A stretch of 40,200 nucleotides of DNA from Bacteroidaceae bacterium (GCA_017420875.1 JAFQNW010000045.1:1-40200); one strand, 5' to 3'. Shown: positions 26,420-36,967, counted from the first letter of the stretch. Notes: generated by a model from the letters alone, not told the origin. Numbers and translations are program-made.

Positions 26420-26881
26420 ATGAAAATATTATTTGTTTGCTTAGGGAATATTTGCCGTTCTTCTTCGGCCGAAGAAATTATGCGTACGCTTATTAAGCGT
26501 GAGGGCTTGGAAAAACAGATAGAAGTCGATTCGGCAGGAATCTTAAGTTATCATCAAGGAGAATTGCCCGATAGCCGGATGCGGATGCATGCCTATCATC
26601 GAGGATATGAGTTGACGCATCGCTCTCGTCCTGTCTGCACGCAAGATTTCTTTGAATTTGATATGATAATCGGCATGGACGACCGTAACATTCAAGATTT
26701 GAAAGATCGTGCACCGTCACCCGAAGCCGAAAAGAAAATCCATCGCATGACAGAGTTTTGTCGTCTAAAACAAGTGGACTATGTGCCCGACCCCTATTAT
26801 GGTGGTGCACTGGGCTTTGAAAATGTGCTTGACATTTTGGAAGATGCTTGCGAAGGGCTGTTGGAAGAGGTGAAGAAATAA
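26420..26881 (+). CDS. Low-molecular-weight protein-tyrosine phosphatase
   Basis: ATG at 26420; P-loop ILFVCLGNICRS, DSAG and VPDPYYG. Confidence 0.93.
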   Translation: MKILFVCLGNICRSSSAEEIMRTLIKREGLEKQIEVDSAGILSYHQGELPDSRMRMHAYHRGYELTHRSRPVCTQDFFEFDMIIGMDDRNIQDLKDRAPSPEAEKKIHRMTEFCRLKQVDYVPDPYYGGALGFENVLDILEDACEGLLEEVKK

Positions 26882-26894
26882 AAGGTTTTAAACA

Positions 26895-27088
26895 GCCTTC
26901 ACAAGTTTCATTGGTGTTTAAGTGATTGATATCCAGTATTTCCATGTGAAACTTCAAGCTTCAGGAAGGGTTCGCCAAGTTTCACATCCGGGAAAGAGTG
27001 AAACCTGTGAAACTAGGTGAATGCACCAAAGATTCACTCAGGGAGTTTGTATATCAGCGAGTTGTGACTCGGTGAAACTTGTGAAGGC
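26895..27088. repeat. ~194-bp MITE/REP-like element with 16-bp terminal inverted repeats and internal hairpins
   Basis: GCCTTCACAAGTTTCA (26895-26910) pairs with TGAAACTTGTGAAGGC (27073-27088). Internal stem ATGTGAAACTT/AAGTTTCACAT; GTGAAAC recurs. Confidence 0.7.
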
Positions 27089-27094
27089 GATTTT

Positions 27095-29152
27095 TTATTT
27101 CTTCAACTCCGGATAAGTGATTCTGGTGTGATAAACCGTTTTCAACTTTTCTTTGAATAAAGCCTTGACCAAAGCTATATCCTTGAACGTAATCGGGCAG
27201 AATTTGAAATATCCCTCAGCTACTTGGCTGTCGATAATCTTATCAATCAGCGTACTGATGCTTTCTTCTGTATATTCAGGTAAGCTTCTTGAAGCAGCTT
27301 CAACCGCATCGGCCATCATCAATATGGCTTGTTCTTTAGTAAACGGATTAGGGCCTGGATAGCTGAACTTTTCAATGTCTACTTCTTCATTCGGATGATC
27401 ATTCTTGTAGGAAATGTAGAAGTATTTGGCTACACCCTTTCCGTGGTGAGTCCGGATAAAATCTGTGATTACTTTAGGCAGATTGTGTTTGTCTGCCAAT
27501 TTGATACCATCAGTAATATGGCTGATAATGACTTGTGCACTTTGTTCATATCCTAAACTCTTGTGTGGATTGACACCCGATTGATTTTCAGTAAAGAAAG
27601 CTGGATTTACCATTTTCCCTATATCATGATACAAGGCTCCGGTACGCACCAATTGACTATTGGCACCGATTCGGTTTGCTGCTTCAGCAGCAAGGTTTGC
27701 CATTTGTAGGGAGTGTTGGAAAGTTCCTGGAGCTACTTCGGACATTTCTCGAAGTAGTTTGTTGTTGATGTTTGATAGCTCGACTAGAGTTACATTGGAT
27801 GTGAAGCCAAACGTTTTTTCGAGAATGAACAATAATGGGTAAGCAAACAAAAGTAAAATACCATTAATCCCGAAATAGATATACATACGGGTATTCAGTT
27901 TGGTCAAATCGTCCTCATGTATCAGCTCGAAAGCAAAATATAGCAAAGCATAACAAACGAAAACAATGGCAGCTGTCCGCAGAAGTTGCGAACGTTGTGA
28001 AAGTTCGCGTAAACTATAGATGGCAACCATACCTGCTCCGGTTTGTAGGATAATGAATTCGTGAGGGAATCTCAACGAGATGGAACATAGCAGAATGATG
28101 GTGACATGTGCCATGAAGGCTGTACGTGAATCGAGGAAGATGCCGATGATGATAGGAATCATGGCAAATGGCAGGATGTAGACATTCAACAGATTCTGGG
28201 CTACCATAATCGAAAGGATTACAGGGAAGAATACAATGAGTGCAAATAAAAGAAGCACACTTCGTCTTCGTTCGTAATAATCTTTACGGAAGAGTTCCAA
28301 GTAAATCATGAAGCAGAGGATGAATACACTAATCATGAGGATTTGTCCCATGGCAGTCAATCGAATCTCTTTGGTCGATTCACTTCGTTTTTCCCATTCT
28401 CTTTGAAGCGATTGCAGGATGTTGAAAGTTTGTTCATCGACGATTTCTCCCCGGTCGATGATTTTTTGTCCGTTCATGACCAAACCGTTTGCCCATGATA
28501 TGTTAGACAATAAATCATTTCTTGCTGCTTCTGATTTTTCTTTGTCGTAAGACAAATTAGGAGTCAGATAATGGTTGAGGTTGCATGCTTGAAGAATCTT
28601 TTTGCTATATAGTGTAGTGTCTATATTCAACAAGTGCTCGTAGGCTTCCTTGATGGTGTATAAATGATTGACAGGTTGGCTTGTGGCGATATTCTTGTCA
28701 ATTAACAGAATAGAATGTGTACTATCTGCATTCAGGCGTTGTGAGTCTTCGCCGGGTAAAATGCCTTGGTTATAAATTTCTTTTAGCGTCCGTTCAATAT
28801 GCTTGATGTATTCGGCATTTGGAAGTGAATGTCTTAACGTTTTGTTATAATCGTCCTTAAGTTTGGCCAACATGTCCTTCCCGATTTGTTTATCCATGTG
28901 AAAGTAGGGCTGATGGGTATTCAGCAAACTATCTTGTTCGCGTTGTACCTGTTGTTCGTTTTTGTAAATGGGGAAGTCAAAAGATGCTTGTAATAAACCA
29001 TATTTCCAAGGTTTATTGATGTCGAACTCGTAATTGAACTTTCCTTCTTTCGGCATGAAATAAGCAATGATGCTTACTGTAACGATAAATATTAAGCATT
29101 TATATAATAATTCCTTAAAAGAAAACTGCTTGTGGGTATTGAAAGTGTTCAT
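27095..29152 (-). CDS. 7TM-HD (HDIG) membrane phosphohydrolase, PgpH-like cyclic-di-nucleotide phosphodiesterase family
   Basis: N-terminal TM, an extracytoplasmic domain and about 7 TM helices. Cytoplasmic motifs APGTFQHS, GALYHDIGK, FTENQ, THHG, YPGPNP and MADAVEAASRS. Confidence 0.88.
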   Translation of the reverse strand: MNTFNTHKQFSFKELLYKCLIFIVTVSIIAYFMPKEGKFNYEFDINKPWKYGLLQASFDFPIYKNEQQVQREQDSLLNTHQPYFHMDKQIGKDMLAKLKDDYNKTLRHSLPNAEYIKHIERTLKEIYNQGILPGEDSQRLNADSTHSILLIDKNIATSQPVNHLYTIKEAYEHLLNIDTTLYSKKILQACNLNHYLTPNLSYDKEKSEAARNDLLSNISWANGLVMNGQKIIDRGEIVDEQTFNILQSLQREWEKRSESTKEIRLTAMGQILMISVFILCFMIYLELFRKDYYERRRSVLLLFALIVFFPVILSIMVAQNLLNVYILPFAMIPIIIGIFLDSRTAFMAHVTIILLCSISLRFPHEFIILQTGAGMVAIYSLRELSQRSQLLRTAAIVFVCYALLYFAFELIHEDDLTKLNTRMYIYFGINGILLLFAYPLLFILEKTFGFTSNVTLVELSNINNKLLREMSEVAPGTFQHSLQMANLAAEAANRIGANSQLVRTGALYHDIGKMVNPAFFTENQSGVNPHKSLGYEQSAQVIISHITDGIKLADKHNLPKVITDFIRTHHGKGVAKYFYISYKNDHPNEEVDIEKFSYPGPNPFTKEQAILMMADAVEAASRSLPEYTEESISTLIDKIIDSQVAEGYFKFCPITFKDIALVKALFKEKLKTVYHTRITYPELKK

Positions 29153-29234
29153 AGTCGTATAATTTTGCGTGCAAAATACGAAAAAATCGGGAATTTAGTT
29201 TAATTTTGTCCCGTATTTTATAGATAAAGAACAA

Positions 29235-30752
29235 ATGTCAGATAGAAAAGTTAGAGTCCGTTTTGCTCCAAGTCCTACAGGAGCGTTGCATATTGGCGGT
29301 GTACGTACCGCTTTGTACAATTATTTGTTTGCACGTCAGCATGGTGGTGACTTGATTTTCCGTATCGAAGATACAGATTCAAGCCGTTTTGTGCCTGGTG
29401 CAGAAGAGTATATCATCGAGTCGTTTAAATGGCTAGGTATCAAGTTCGATGAAGGAGTAAGTTTCGGTGGTGAACACGGTCCTTATCGTCAATCTGAACG
29501 ACGCGATATTTATAAAAAATATGTAGATGTCTTGATGGAAGCGGGTAAAGCTTATATCGCTTTCGATACACCGGAAGAATTGGATGCCAAACGTAAGGAA
29601 GTGGCAAATTTCCAATATGATGCTTCGACACGTATGGGCATGCGTAATTCATTGACATTGCCAAAAGAAGAGGTCGATGCCTTGATTGCGGAAGGTAAGC
29701 AATATGTGGTTCGTTTTAAGATTGAACCTAATGAAGAAGTGCATGTTCAGGATATTATCCGTGGCGAAGTAATTGTAAATTCGTCAGTTTTGGATGATAA
29801 AGTTTTGTATAAATCGGCTGATGAATTGCCTACATATCATTTGGCTAACATTGTGGATGACCATTTGATGGAAGTCTCGCATGTGATTCGTGGTGAAGAA
29901 TGGCTTCCTTCAGCTCCGCTTCATGTCTTGCTTTATCGTGCATTTGGATGGGAAGATACAATGCCCGAATTCGCACACCTCCCGTTGCTTTTGAAGCCTG
30001 ATGGAAATGGCAAGTTGAGCAAGCGCGATGGTGATCGTTTAGGTTTCCCTGTATTCCCGTTGGAATGGCATGATCCTAAGACAGGTGATATCTCTTCTGG
30101 TTATCGTGAATCAGGCTATTTGCCGGAAGCGGTTATCAACTTCTTGGCACTCTTGGGCTGGAATCCAGGCAATAATCAAGAAATCATGTCACTTGAAGAA
30201 TTGGTTCAACTCTTTGATTTGAAGCATTGTAGTAAGGCTGGTGCCAAGTTCGACTTCGAAAAGGGTAAATGGTTCAATCATGAATATATCAAGATGAAGG
30301 ACAATACGGAGTTGGCCGAACTCTTTATGCCTATCTTGAAAGCAAATGGAGTAGATGCTTCGATGGATAAAGTGGTAACCGTAGTTGGTTTGATGAAGGA
30401 ACGTGTGAACTTCGTGAAAGATTTATGGGACACTTGCAAGTTCTTCTTCGTGACACCGACCGAATACGATGAAAAGACTCGTAAGAAACGTTGGAAAGAA
30501 GATTCGCCTGAACGAATGGCTGAATTGGCTGGCATACTCGAAGCATTAGACGATTTTTCTGCAGAAAACCAGGAAAAAGTGGTAATGCAATGGATTGCCG
30601 ACAAAGAATATCATATGGGTAATGTCATGAATGCATTCCGTTTGGCTTTGGTAGGCGAAGGTAAAGGACCTCATATCTTTGATATTACCGTTGTTTTGGG
30701 TAAGGAAGAAACATTGAAACGTATCGAAAAAGCAATTAAGGAACTGAAATGA
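29235..30752 (+). CDS. gltX: Glutamate--tRNA ligase
   Basis: [30 protein letters not shown] and KLSKR; -7 TAATTTTG at 29201-29208. Confidence 0.97.
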   Translation: MSDRKVRVRFAPSPTGALHIGGVRTALYNYLFARQHGGDLIFRIEDTDSSRFVPGAEEYIIESFKWLGIKFDEGVSFGGEHGPYRQSERRDIYKKYVDVLMEAGKAYIAFDTPEELDAKRKEVANFQYDASTRMGMRNSLTLPKEEVDALIAEGKQYVVRFKIEPNEEVHVQDIIRGEVIVNSSVLDDKVLYKSADELPTYHLANIVDDHLMEVSHVIRGEEWLPSAPLHVLLYRAFGWEDTMPEFAHLPLLLKPDGNGKLSKRDGDRLGFPVFPLEWHDPKTGDISSGYRESGYLPEAVINFLALLGWNPGNNQEIMSLEELVQLFDLKHCSKAGAKFDFEKGKWFNHEYIKMKDNTELAELFMPILKANGVDASMDKVVTVVGLMKERVNFVKDLWDTCKFFFVTPTEYDEKTRKKRWKEDSPERMAELAGILEALDDFSAENQEKVVMQWIADKEYHMGNVMNAFRLALVGEGKGPHIFDITVVLGKEETLKRIEKAIKELK

Positions 30753-31627
30753 TATATCACTTGCTCTCTTTTTTCTTGAAGTTTCTGTCGTATACACCAT
30801 TTTGTGTGTTATATGTCTTGTCGGACTGCTTGTTCTATCTACTTTATTATGTAGTAAGATATAGGCGACGTATTGTCCGGAAGAATCTGACCGAATCTTT
30901 CCCGGAAAAAAGCGAGCAAGAAATAATACAGATAGAGAAGAAGTTCTATCAGTATTTTACTGACCAAGTGCTTGAGAGCTGTAAAATGGCTACTATTTCT
31001 TCGGAAGAAATGAGTAAGCGTATGAAGTTCACAAATATTGAGGATGCCAATGCTGTCTTGAGAAGTGGGAAAACCATCTCTCTTTATATGGGACATTATG
31101 GTAACTGGGAATGGGTGTCTTCTATTCCTTTGTGCTTGGAACCCAATGTTTTGGCTGTGCAAATCTATCATAAGTTACGTAATGAAAACATGGATAGATT
31201 GCTTCTTTATCAACGTGAGCGTATGGGAGCTATCAGTGTGGAAATGCGAAAGACTGCACGTTATATTACCCAATTGAAAACAGCTAATAAGGTTAGTATA
31301 ATTGGATTTATTGCGGACCAATCGCCAAGAAAAAGAGATGCACGCCATTTCATTCCATTCTTAAATCATCAGACTCCAGTATTGACCGGAACGGAAAAGA
31401 TTATCAAGCATTATGGATTTGAGGCTTGGTTTCTGGATATGAAGCGAGTAAAAAGAGGCTTTTACGAAGCAAGACTTATTAGAATGCACGATGCACCTCA
31501 GTCATTACCTGATTTTGAATTGACAACCATTTATTATCAGATGTTGGAACAAATGATTAAGGAACGTCCGGAATTATATCTTTGGACGCATAATCGTTTC
31601 AAACATGCGAAGGGCTTAGGGGCATAA
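30749..31627 (+). CDS. Lipid A late acyltransferase-like (LpxL/HtrB; lysophospholipid acyltransferase family)
   Basis: [27 protein letters not shown] and [12 protein letters not shown]; ATGA overlap with gltX. Confidence 0.85.
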   Translation: MIYHLLSFFLKFLSYTPFCVLYVLSDCLFYLLYYVVRYRRRIVRKNLTESFPEKSEQEIIQIEKKFYQYFTDQVLESCKMATISSEEMSKRMKFTNIEDANAVLRSGKTISLYMGHYGNWEWVSSIPLCLEPNVLAVQIYHKLRNENMDRLLLYQRERMGAISVEMRKTARYITQLKTANKVSIIGFIADQSPRKRDARHFIPFLNHQTPVLTGTEKIIKHYGFEAWFLDMKRVKRGFYEARLIRMHDAPQSLPDFELTTIYYQMLEQMIKERPELYLWTHNRFKHAKGLGA

Positions 31628-31642
31628 AGAGAATAGATTAAT

Positions 31643-32641
31643 ATGGTTAAGGATATAGATTTTGTAATCACGTGGGTTGATATGGACGACCCCAAATGGC
31701 AAGCAGAGTTTGCCAAGTATTCTGGGCGTAAAGAGAATACTAAAAATGGAGTGTCTAAGGCTCGTTTCCGTGATTATGGCTTTCTGAAATATTGGTTTCG
31801 TGGAGTGGAAAAATTTGCTCCTTGGGTTCGCAAGATTCATTTTGTAACTAGCGGACAGAAACCTGATTGGCTTGATGTCAGTAATCCGAAGATTAATTTG
31901 GTAAATCATCAAGATTATATCCCGAAACAGTTTTTACCTACTTATAATTCTGTAGTTATAGAACGCTATCTGCACAAAATACCAGGATTAGCCGATCATT
32001 TTGTTTATTTCAATGACGATTTCTATATAATCAACTCTATCTCTACAGAACGTTTCTTTAAGAATGGTTTGCCTTGTGATATTGCTGTTTTTCAGTACAA
32101 TCCTTCTTGGTCACAATGGTATAAAAGAATAAAAAACAATCTGAGAATCATTAATCGTCATTTCGATAAAAAAGAGGTGATGTCACGTTTTCATGATAAG
32201 TGGTTTCATGAAAGTTATGGTTCAAAAGCTCGTTTGAACTATTTGCTGAAGCCTTATGGAAAGTTCATCACATTGCGTACTCCCCATAATGCACAGCCTT
32301 ACTTGAAAAAGACGTTCGAAGAAGTATGGGCGGTTGCCGAAAAGGAATTGACAGAAACATCTGTGAATCGTTTCCGTGCTTTAAATGATTATACTCCGGA
32401 GTTGTTCCGTACCTGGCAGATTTGTCAAGGTAATTTTGAACCATATAACACATATAGCGATACTAAGATGTTCCCATTAATGGTTAGACCTAAACAGGCT
32501 GTGAAGGCAATTTATGAACAATCTTATTCGCTGATATGCTTGAATGACAACGTGCATATTCGTAACTATGTACAAGTGATGGAGAACATAAAGAATGCTT
32601 TCGAGAGTATCCTGCCTGAAAAATCAAGTTTTGAGTTATGA
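31643..32641 (+). CDS. Stealth family protein (hexose-1-phosphate transferase)
   Basis: CR1 IDFVITWVD; CR2 LKYWFRGVEKFAPWVRKIHFVT..PTYNS..YFNDDF; CR4 ICLND. Confidence 0.9.
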   Translation: MVKDIDFVITWVDMDDPKWQAEFAKYSGRKENTKNGVSKARFRDYGFLKYWFRGVEKFAPWVRKIHFVTSGQKPDWLDVSNPKINLVNHQDYIPKQFLPTYNSVVIERYLHKIPGLADHFVYFNDDFYIINSISTERFFKNGLPCDIAVFQYNPSWSQWYKRIKNNLRIINRHFDKKEVMSRFHDKWFHESYGSKARLNYLLKPYGKFITLRTPHNAQPYLKKTFEEVWAVAEKELTETSVNRFRALNDYTPELFRTWQICQGNFEPYNTYSDTKMFPLMVRPKQAVKAIYEQSYSLICLNDNVHIRNYVQVMENIKNAFESILPEKSSFEL

Positions 32642-33531
32642 ATAAGGTACTTGCAGAAATAATAGCTGGAGTAATTCCGGGTAGAGTAGAACGTACCCGA
32701 TGGCGTGGTGTGTTGCGTTATGGACTTTGGAATAGCATAAAACTGAAATGGCGTATGAAGCATGACCAAACCAAGCCGCAATATTATTTGGCTGTTTGTG
32801 CAATAGCGAAGAATGAAGGACCCTATTTTAAGGAATGGATAGAATGGCATCAGAAGCAAGGGGTGGAGAAATTCTACGTTTATGATAATGAAAGTACAGA
32901 TTGTACGAAGGAGGTGCTTGCTCCATTTATCGAATCCGGATTGGTAGATTATACTTATTTCCCTGGGCAAAAACGTCAATTGGCTGCATACGATGACTGC
33001 TTTGAAAGGCATCGCTTGGAAACACGTTGGCTTGCCGTGATTGATTTGGATGAATTCATTGTGCCTCAAAAAGACAAATCTATTCCTGAATTCTTGCGTC
33101 GGATGGAAAACTTTTCGGCCGTTGAAATCAATTGGTTGGTTTATGGTAGCGGAGGAGCTAAAACGAAGCAACCAGGAGGAGTCATGGAAAGGTTCCGTCG
33201 ACACTCATTACCGGAGCATCGTTTGAATACGCATGTAAAAAGCATTTGCGATCCTCGACGGGTGTGTACCATGACTGGGTGTCATGAGGCTGCACGCATC
33301 TCGGGGAATGTAGCTGATTCTCATGGAAAACCGATTAGTAAAGCACGTGGTGATCGTAAACCTCAACAAGATATTATACGCATTAACCATTATGCCATAA
33401 AATCTTACGAGGAATTCTTGGCTAAACGTGCTCGTGGTAGAGCACGTGTAGCAAGTATTCGTGATATGGGTTACTTTGAACGGTATGATTTGAATGATAT
33501 CGAAGATTCATCCTTGTTTCTCAAAGGATGA
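32638..33531 (+). CDS. Glycosyltransferase, GT92 / GT2-like
   Basis: LAVCAIAKNEGPYFKEWIEWH, YDNESTD, WLAVIDLDEF and INHY.IKS.EEF. Confidence 0.82.
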   Translation: MNKVLAEIIAGVIPGRVERTRWRGVLRYGLWNSIKLKWRMKHDQTKPQYYLAVCAIAKNEGPYFKEWIEWHQKQGVEKFYVYDNESTDCTKEVLAPFIESGLVDYTYFPGQKRQLAAYDDCFERHRLETRWLAVIDLDEFIVPQKDKSIPEFLRRMENFSAVEINWLVYGSGGAKTKQPGGVMERFRRHSLPEHRLNTHVKSICDPRRVCTMTGCHEAARISGNVADSHGKPISKARGDRKPQQDIIRINHYAIKSYEEFLAKRARGRARVASIRDMGYFERYDLNDIEDSSLFLKG

Positions 33532-34449
33532 CTTTTGAGGAAATCTTTTATCCAAATAATTTTTCATCATCATTCTGTCGCTGTCTTGTGCACTTTGTGA
33601 ATCATTCATACAGAAAAGCATGGGATGATATTGGTCTAGCCTGTCATAATGCCTTTTTTTATGAATGAGAACATGCATTGATTCTTTCTCTGTTACATAT
33701 CGTAATTGTCCGCGTTTCTCAGCTAAGGCGATATAGGAAATGATGCTACGATGTACGTCGTTATCGTTACGCATGTGATTTTGGTTGTTTGCCGCAAACT
33801 CTTTGCTGAAATCTTTTTCTACAATCCGTTGATAGTCGCTCCTTAAATAAGCATCAATATTGTGATGAGGCATACCTGTATAGTAGGTTCCGTATTTCTT
33901 TTCTACCATTTGTGAAGAGCGATCTATCATTTTACTATAATTCAGAAGAGGTTTCTTGCAAATCTTCTCGCGCCAAAACCAACGTAACTTTCTAAAGGGC
34001 TTACGAGTAAGTCGAATAAAGGGAAATCCTGAAGGTGTAAAGAAATCATCTGCTGTTACTTTCTTATTTATATACATGTCATCATTGGAAAACAAAAAGT
34101 ACTCTGAAAGTCCGGGTATGCGATAAAGAAAATGTTCTATCAGACTTGAATTGAAGCAAGGCAAACTTTCAGCCGGCATGATTTCCTTATGGTCTACTAT
34201 CTGTATCTTGCTGTTTGAGGTGTTTAGCCATTCAGGTGTTTGGTTGTCCGTGACGATAAATATTTTTCGTATCCAAGGGGCATACATTTCTACCGAACGC
34301 AAACTATATTTAAGTTCGTCGTTATTCGCATATCTACCTTTACAATTAATCGGTGAGCTTTCGTCGGTCTTGCCAATGAATGCATTTCGTTTAGCTTGCC
34401 ATGCAGGATCATTTCCGTCTACCCAAAGATAAACAAGATCAATATCCAT
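33508..34449 (-). CDS. Stealth family protein (hexose-1-phosphate transferase), second copy
   Basis: CR1 IDLVYLWVDG; CR2 ELKYSLRSVEMYAPWIRKIFIVT..LPCFNS..FSNDDM; CR4 FCMND. An alternative start exists at 34476. Confidence 0.9.
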   Translation of the reverse strand: MDIDLVYLWVDGNDPAWQAKRNAFIGKTDESSPINCKGRYANNDELKYSLRSVEMYAPWIRKIFIVTDNQTPEWLNTSNSKIQIVDHKEIMPAESLPCFNSSLIEHFLYRIPGLSEYFLFSNDDMYINKKVTADDFFTPSGFPFIRLTRKPFRKLRWFWREKICKKPLLNYSKMIDRSSQMVEKKYGTYYTGMPHHNIDAYLRSDYQRIVEKDFSKEFAANNQNHMRNDNDVHRSIISYIALAEKRGQLRYVTEKESMHVLIHKKRHYDRLDQYHPMLFCMNDSQSAQDSDRMMMKNYLDKRFPQKSSFEKQG

Positions 34450-34459
34450 ATTTTCGACT

Positions 34460-35257
34460 TTATTTTTCATTTTCAATTCTTTGTTTGACTAACGGGTATT
34501 TTTCGATTATTGCTTCAAATGCAGCTGCATTTCGGTCTATCCCTGATTTAAAATTAACGGTTTTCAAGGAAAGTTTGCGTGGCTTTCCTAATCCTCGTGG
34601 TTTGTTATGGCCAAACGGGACAGGGATAATTGGATAGCCATTGGCTACGGCTGCGGCCCAAAACCAAATATCATCGGTAGTGGGAGCTATTGAAGTGAAT
34701 AATTTTACATCAAGCATTTCTGGCTTTAAAGAGTGAGGGGGATATAATACTCCTCCAACTCCTGTCTGTATATTCCTGAAATTGGCGTGAATCTTTTTCG
34801 TCAAGAAGTGATACCAGCGGTATTTCTTCCATTCGCGATATGGCCTGCCAGGTTTGATGCATTTGGCACGATGTGCCAATAATGCGTGGGGGGATTGCTT
34901 ATGCAAGGCTAACAGGTCGCGTAACATGTTTTTATGGTATTTCACATCATCGTCTATTGTAACGATGATAGCATCTGGAAAATCATGTATGGCGGGAATT
35001 AGTTTGCGGTAGGAGCGTATGTCTATTGGATAATCTCTGATTTCAAACAACGGACTTTCATCTGCCAGTTTCAGAAGATCCTTGGGGAGTCCGCCTTCTC
35101 CGAATTGAGAAAAAGTGAGGTAAAGTACCACCTTGTCGGGAAGAACAGAGCCATTCAGAATGGACTGAACTGCTTGGGCAGCATAAGGTATAGCTGCAGG
35201 AAACGAAGTCAACGAAACAATGACCTGTTGCATGGCGATGTTCGGATTTGTATTCAT
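34460..35257 (-). CDS. GT2-like glycosyltransferase (GT-A fold)
   Basis: VIVSLTSFP, SYRKLIP, IVTIDDD, TGVGGVLYPP and PTTDDIWF. The -7 TATCTTTG on - at 35297-35304 argues for a start at 35257 or 35233. Confidence 0.78.
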   Translation of the reverse strand: MNTNPNIAMQQVIVSLTSFPAAIPYAAQAVQSILNGSVLPDKVVLYLTFSQFGEGGLPKDLLKLADESPLFEIRDYPIDIRSYRKLIPAIHDFPDAIIVTIDDDVKYHKNMLRDLLALHKQSPHALLAHRAKCIKPGRPYREWKKYRWYHFLTKKIHANFRNIQTGVGGVLYPPHSLKPEMLDVKLFTSIAPTTDDIWFWAAAVANGYPIIPVPFGHNKPRGLGKPRKLSLKTVNFKSGIDRNAAAFEAIIEKYPLVKQRIENEK

Positions 35258-35382
35258 CTGTTTAAGGTTGGCAATGTTTAACCTGAGGAATTTAAACAAA
35301 GATAATGATTATTTGAAGAATATCCTTAATGAAATCAAAATAATCATTATTTTTGCTTAAGTTTATTTATTATATTGATGTA

Positions 35383-36351
35383 ATGCGTAGCAAAAGTAAA
35401 TTTGTGACGGAAACGAGTCACGCTATCCATGAAGCCTTCTATATGCTCAGGCATTATGGCTGGAAAAGAACAAGCAAGGTGCTTCACCATCCGATGTTGG
35501 TGTTCATGGTTACTAATACCAAAGGATTTTATGTAGGTGGAATGGTAGACCGGTTTAAGGGGATTATTTCTACTTATGCATGGTGTAAGCAACGGAATGT
35601 GGAATTTCGTATCAGACATATTTTCCCTTTCGAGTTGGCTGATTATCTAGATCCTGCAAAATATGACTGGTGTCTGAAAGAAGGCGAATTTACCACTTGT
35701 ATTTGGAATGCAACGTTGATGCGGGCTCGTGGGGAATTCGGAAGGAGACTCGTTAGAAAGAATTTGAAAAGAAAACAGATTCATTATTATGGGAATCGGG
35801 ATTTCTTGCAATATATCAATGAAACGGGAGGTACAAATTATACATGGGGAGAACTATTTCAGGAACTCTTTAGGCCGGGGAAAGAGTTGGCTGTAGCAAT
35901 TGAACGTAAAAAGAGTGAAATCGGAAAATCTTATATCTCGGCGGTTTTTAGATTTCAAAACTTGCTTGATGATTTCAGGGAATATAAATTTCAGGCATTG
36001 GGTACTGATGACCAAAGGGAGCAACTCATCAAGAAGTGTTTGAAAGGGTTGGCTGATTTGCAAAATCGGTATCCGGAAGTCCCTTTGCTTGTTACTGCTG
36101 ATAGTTCTACATTTATAGAGCGAGTGTCTTCGCTGCCTGGTATTCATGTGGTTGGAGGAAAAAGAGTGCATATGGGTTGTAATGAGGGAGCAGCTTACAA
36201 TACTTATTTGAACTCATTTACAGATTTTTACATGTTGGCTGGCGGTCAGCGAATCTTTAGTTTGGGTACAAAGGAAATGTATCCTACCCAATTCCCTATG
36301 TATGCGGCCAAGGTTAATGACATTCCTTTCGAGAGAGTGTTGCTAGAGTAA
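35383..36351 (+). CDS. Hypothetical protein, probable fucosyltransferase-like (NodZ/GT23-type fold)
   Basis: Motifs GGMVDRFKGI, SAVFRFQN, LLVTADS and FTDFYMLAG occur in the order of fucosyltransferase motifs; -7 TATTTTTG at 35348-35355. Confidence 0.5.
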   Translation: MRSKSKFVTETSHAIHEAFYMLRHYGWKRTSKVLHHPMLVFMVTNTKGFYVGGMVDRFKGIISTYAWCKQRNVEFRIRHIFPFELADYLDPAKYDWCLKEGEFTTCIWNATLMRARGEFGRRLVRKNLKRKQIHYYGNRDFLQYINETGGTNYTWGELFQELFRPGKELAVAIERKKSEIGKSYISAVFRFQNLLDDFREYKFQALGTDDQREQLIKKCLKGLADLQNRYPEVPLLVTADSSTFIERVSSLPGIHVVGGKRVHMGCNEGAAYNTYLNSFTDFYMLAGGQRIFSLGTKEMYPTQFPMYAAKVNDIPFERVLLE

Positions 36352-36389
36352 ATTTTCTTCTTATTAAGGAAATATTAAAAATGATTCTT

Positions 36390-36430
36390 CATCTTCAGGA
36401 ACTTCAGTGTGTTTGAACTTCCTGAAGATG
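36390..36430. terminator. Hairpin between convergent genes
   Basis: Stem CATCTTCAGGAA / TTCCTGAAGATG. Confidence 0.55.
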
Positions 36431-36442
36431 TGAAAGTGGTTT

Positions 36443-36967
36443 TTATTTTTCTTCTTCTTTAAACCAAGAAGCATACATCAGATATCCGTTAGCAATCTTT
36501 TGGTTGAGCTCTTTGCTTTGTTCGATGGGGATTTTCTTGATGAACTTGGCTGGTACGCCGGCCCAAAGAGTACCCGGCTCAATAATGGTGTTGCTCAATA
36601 CCAAGGCTCCTGCGGCAACGATGGCACCTTCGCCCACTACGGCGTAATCCAAGATAATGGAGCCCATGCCGATGAGGGCACCATCCTTGATGGTGGCTCC
36701 GTGGATGGTGACGTTGTGACCAACGGAAACGTCATTGCCAATCTCGACTACAGAGCGTTCGTATAGCGTATGGAGTACACTCCCGTCTTGAATGTTTACA
36801 CGATCGCCTATGCGGATGGGATTTACATCGCCGCGAAGTACGGCGTTAAACCAAATGCTGCAATCGCGACCGATGGTAACATCGCCAACGATGGTTGCAT
36901 TTTCGGATAGATATGTGTTTTCACCTATTTGAGGTGTGAATCCTCTGACTGATTTGATAAGTGCCAT
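36443..36967 (-). CDS. Gamma carbonic anhydrase family (hexapeptide repeat) protein
   Basis: IWFNAVLRGDVN.IRIG..VNIQDGSVLH and VGHNVTIHGATI. Confidence 0.92.
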   Translation of the reverse strand: MALIKSVRGFTPQIGENTYLSENATIVGDVTIGRDCSIWFNAVLRGDVNPIRIGDRVNIQDGSVLHTLYERSVVEIGNDVSVGHNVTIHGATIKDGALIGMGSIILDYAVVGEGAIVAAGALVLSNTIIEPGTLWAGVPAKFIKKIPIEQSKELNQKIANGYLMYASWFKEEEK

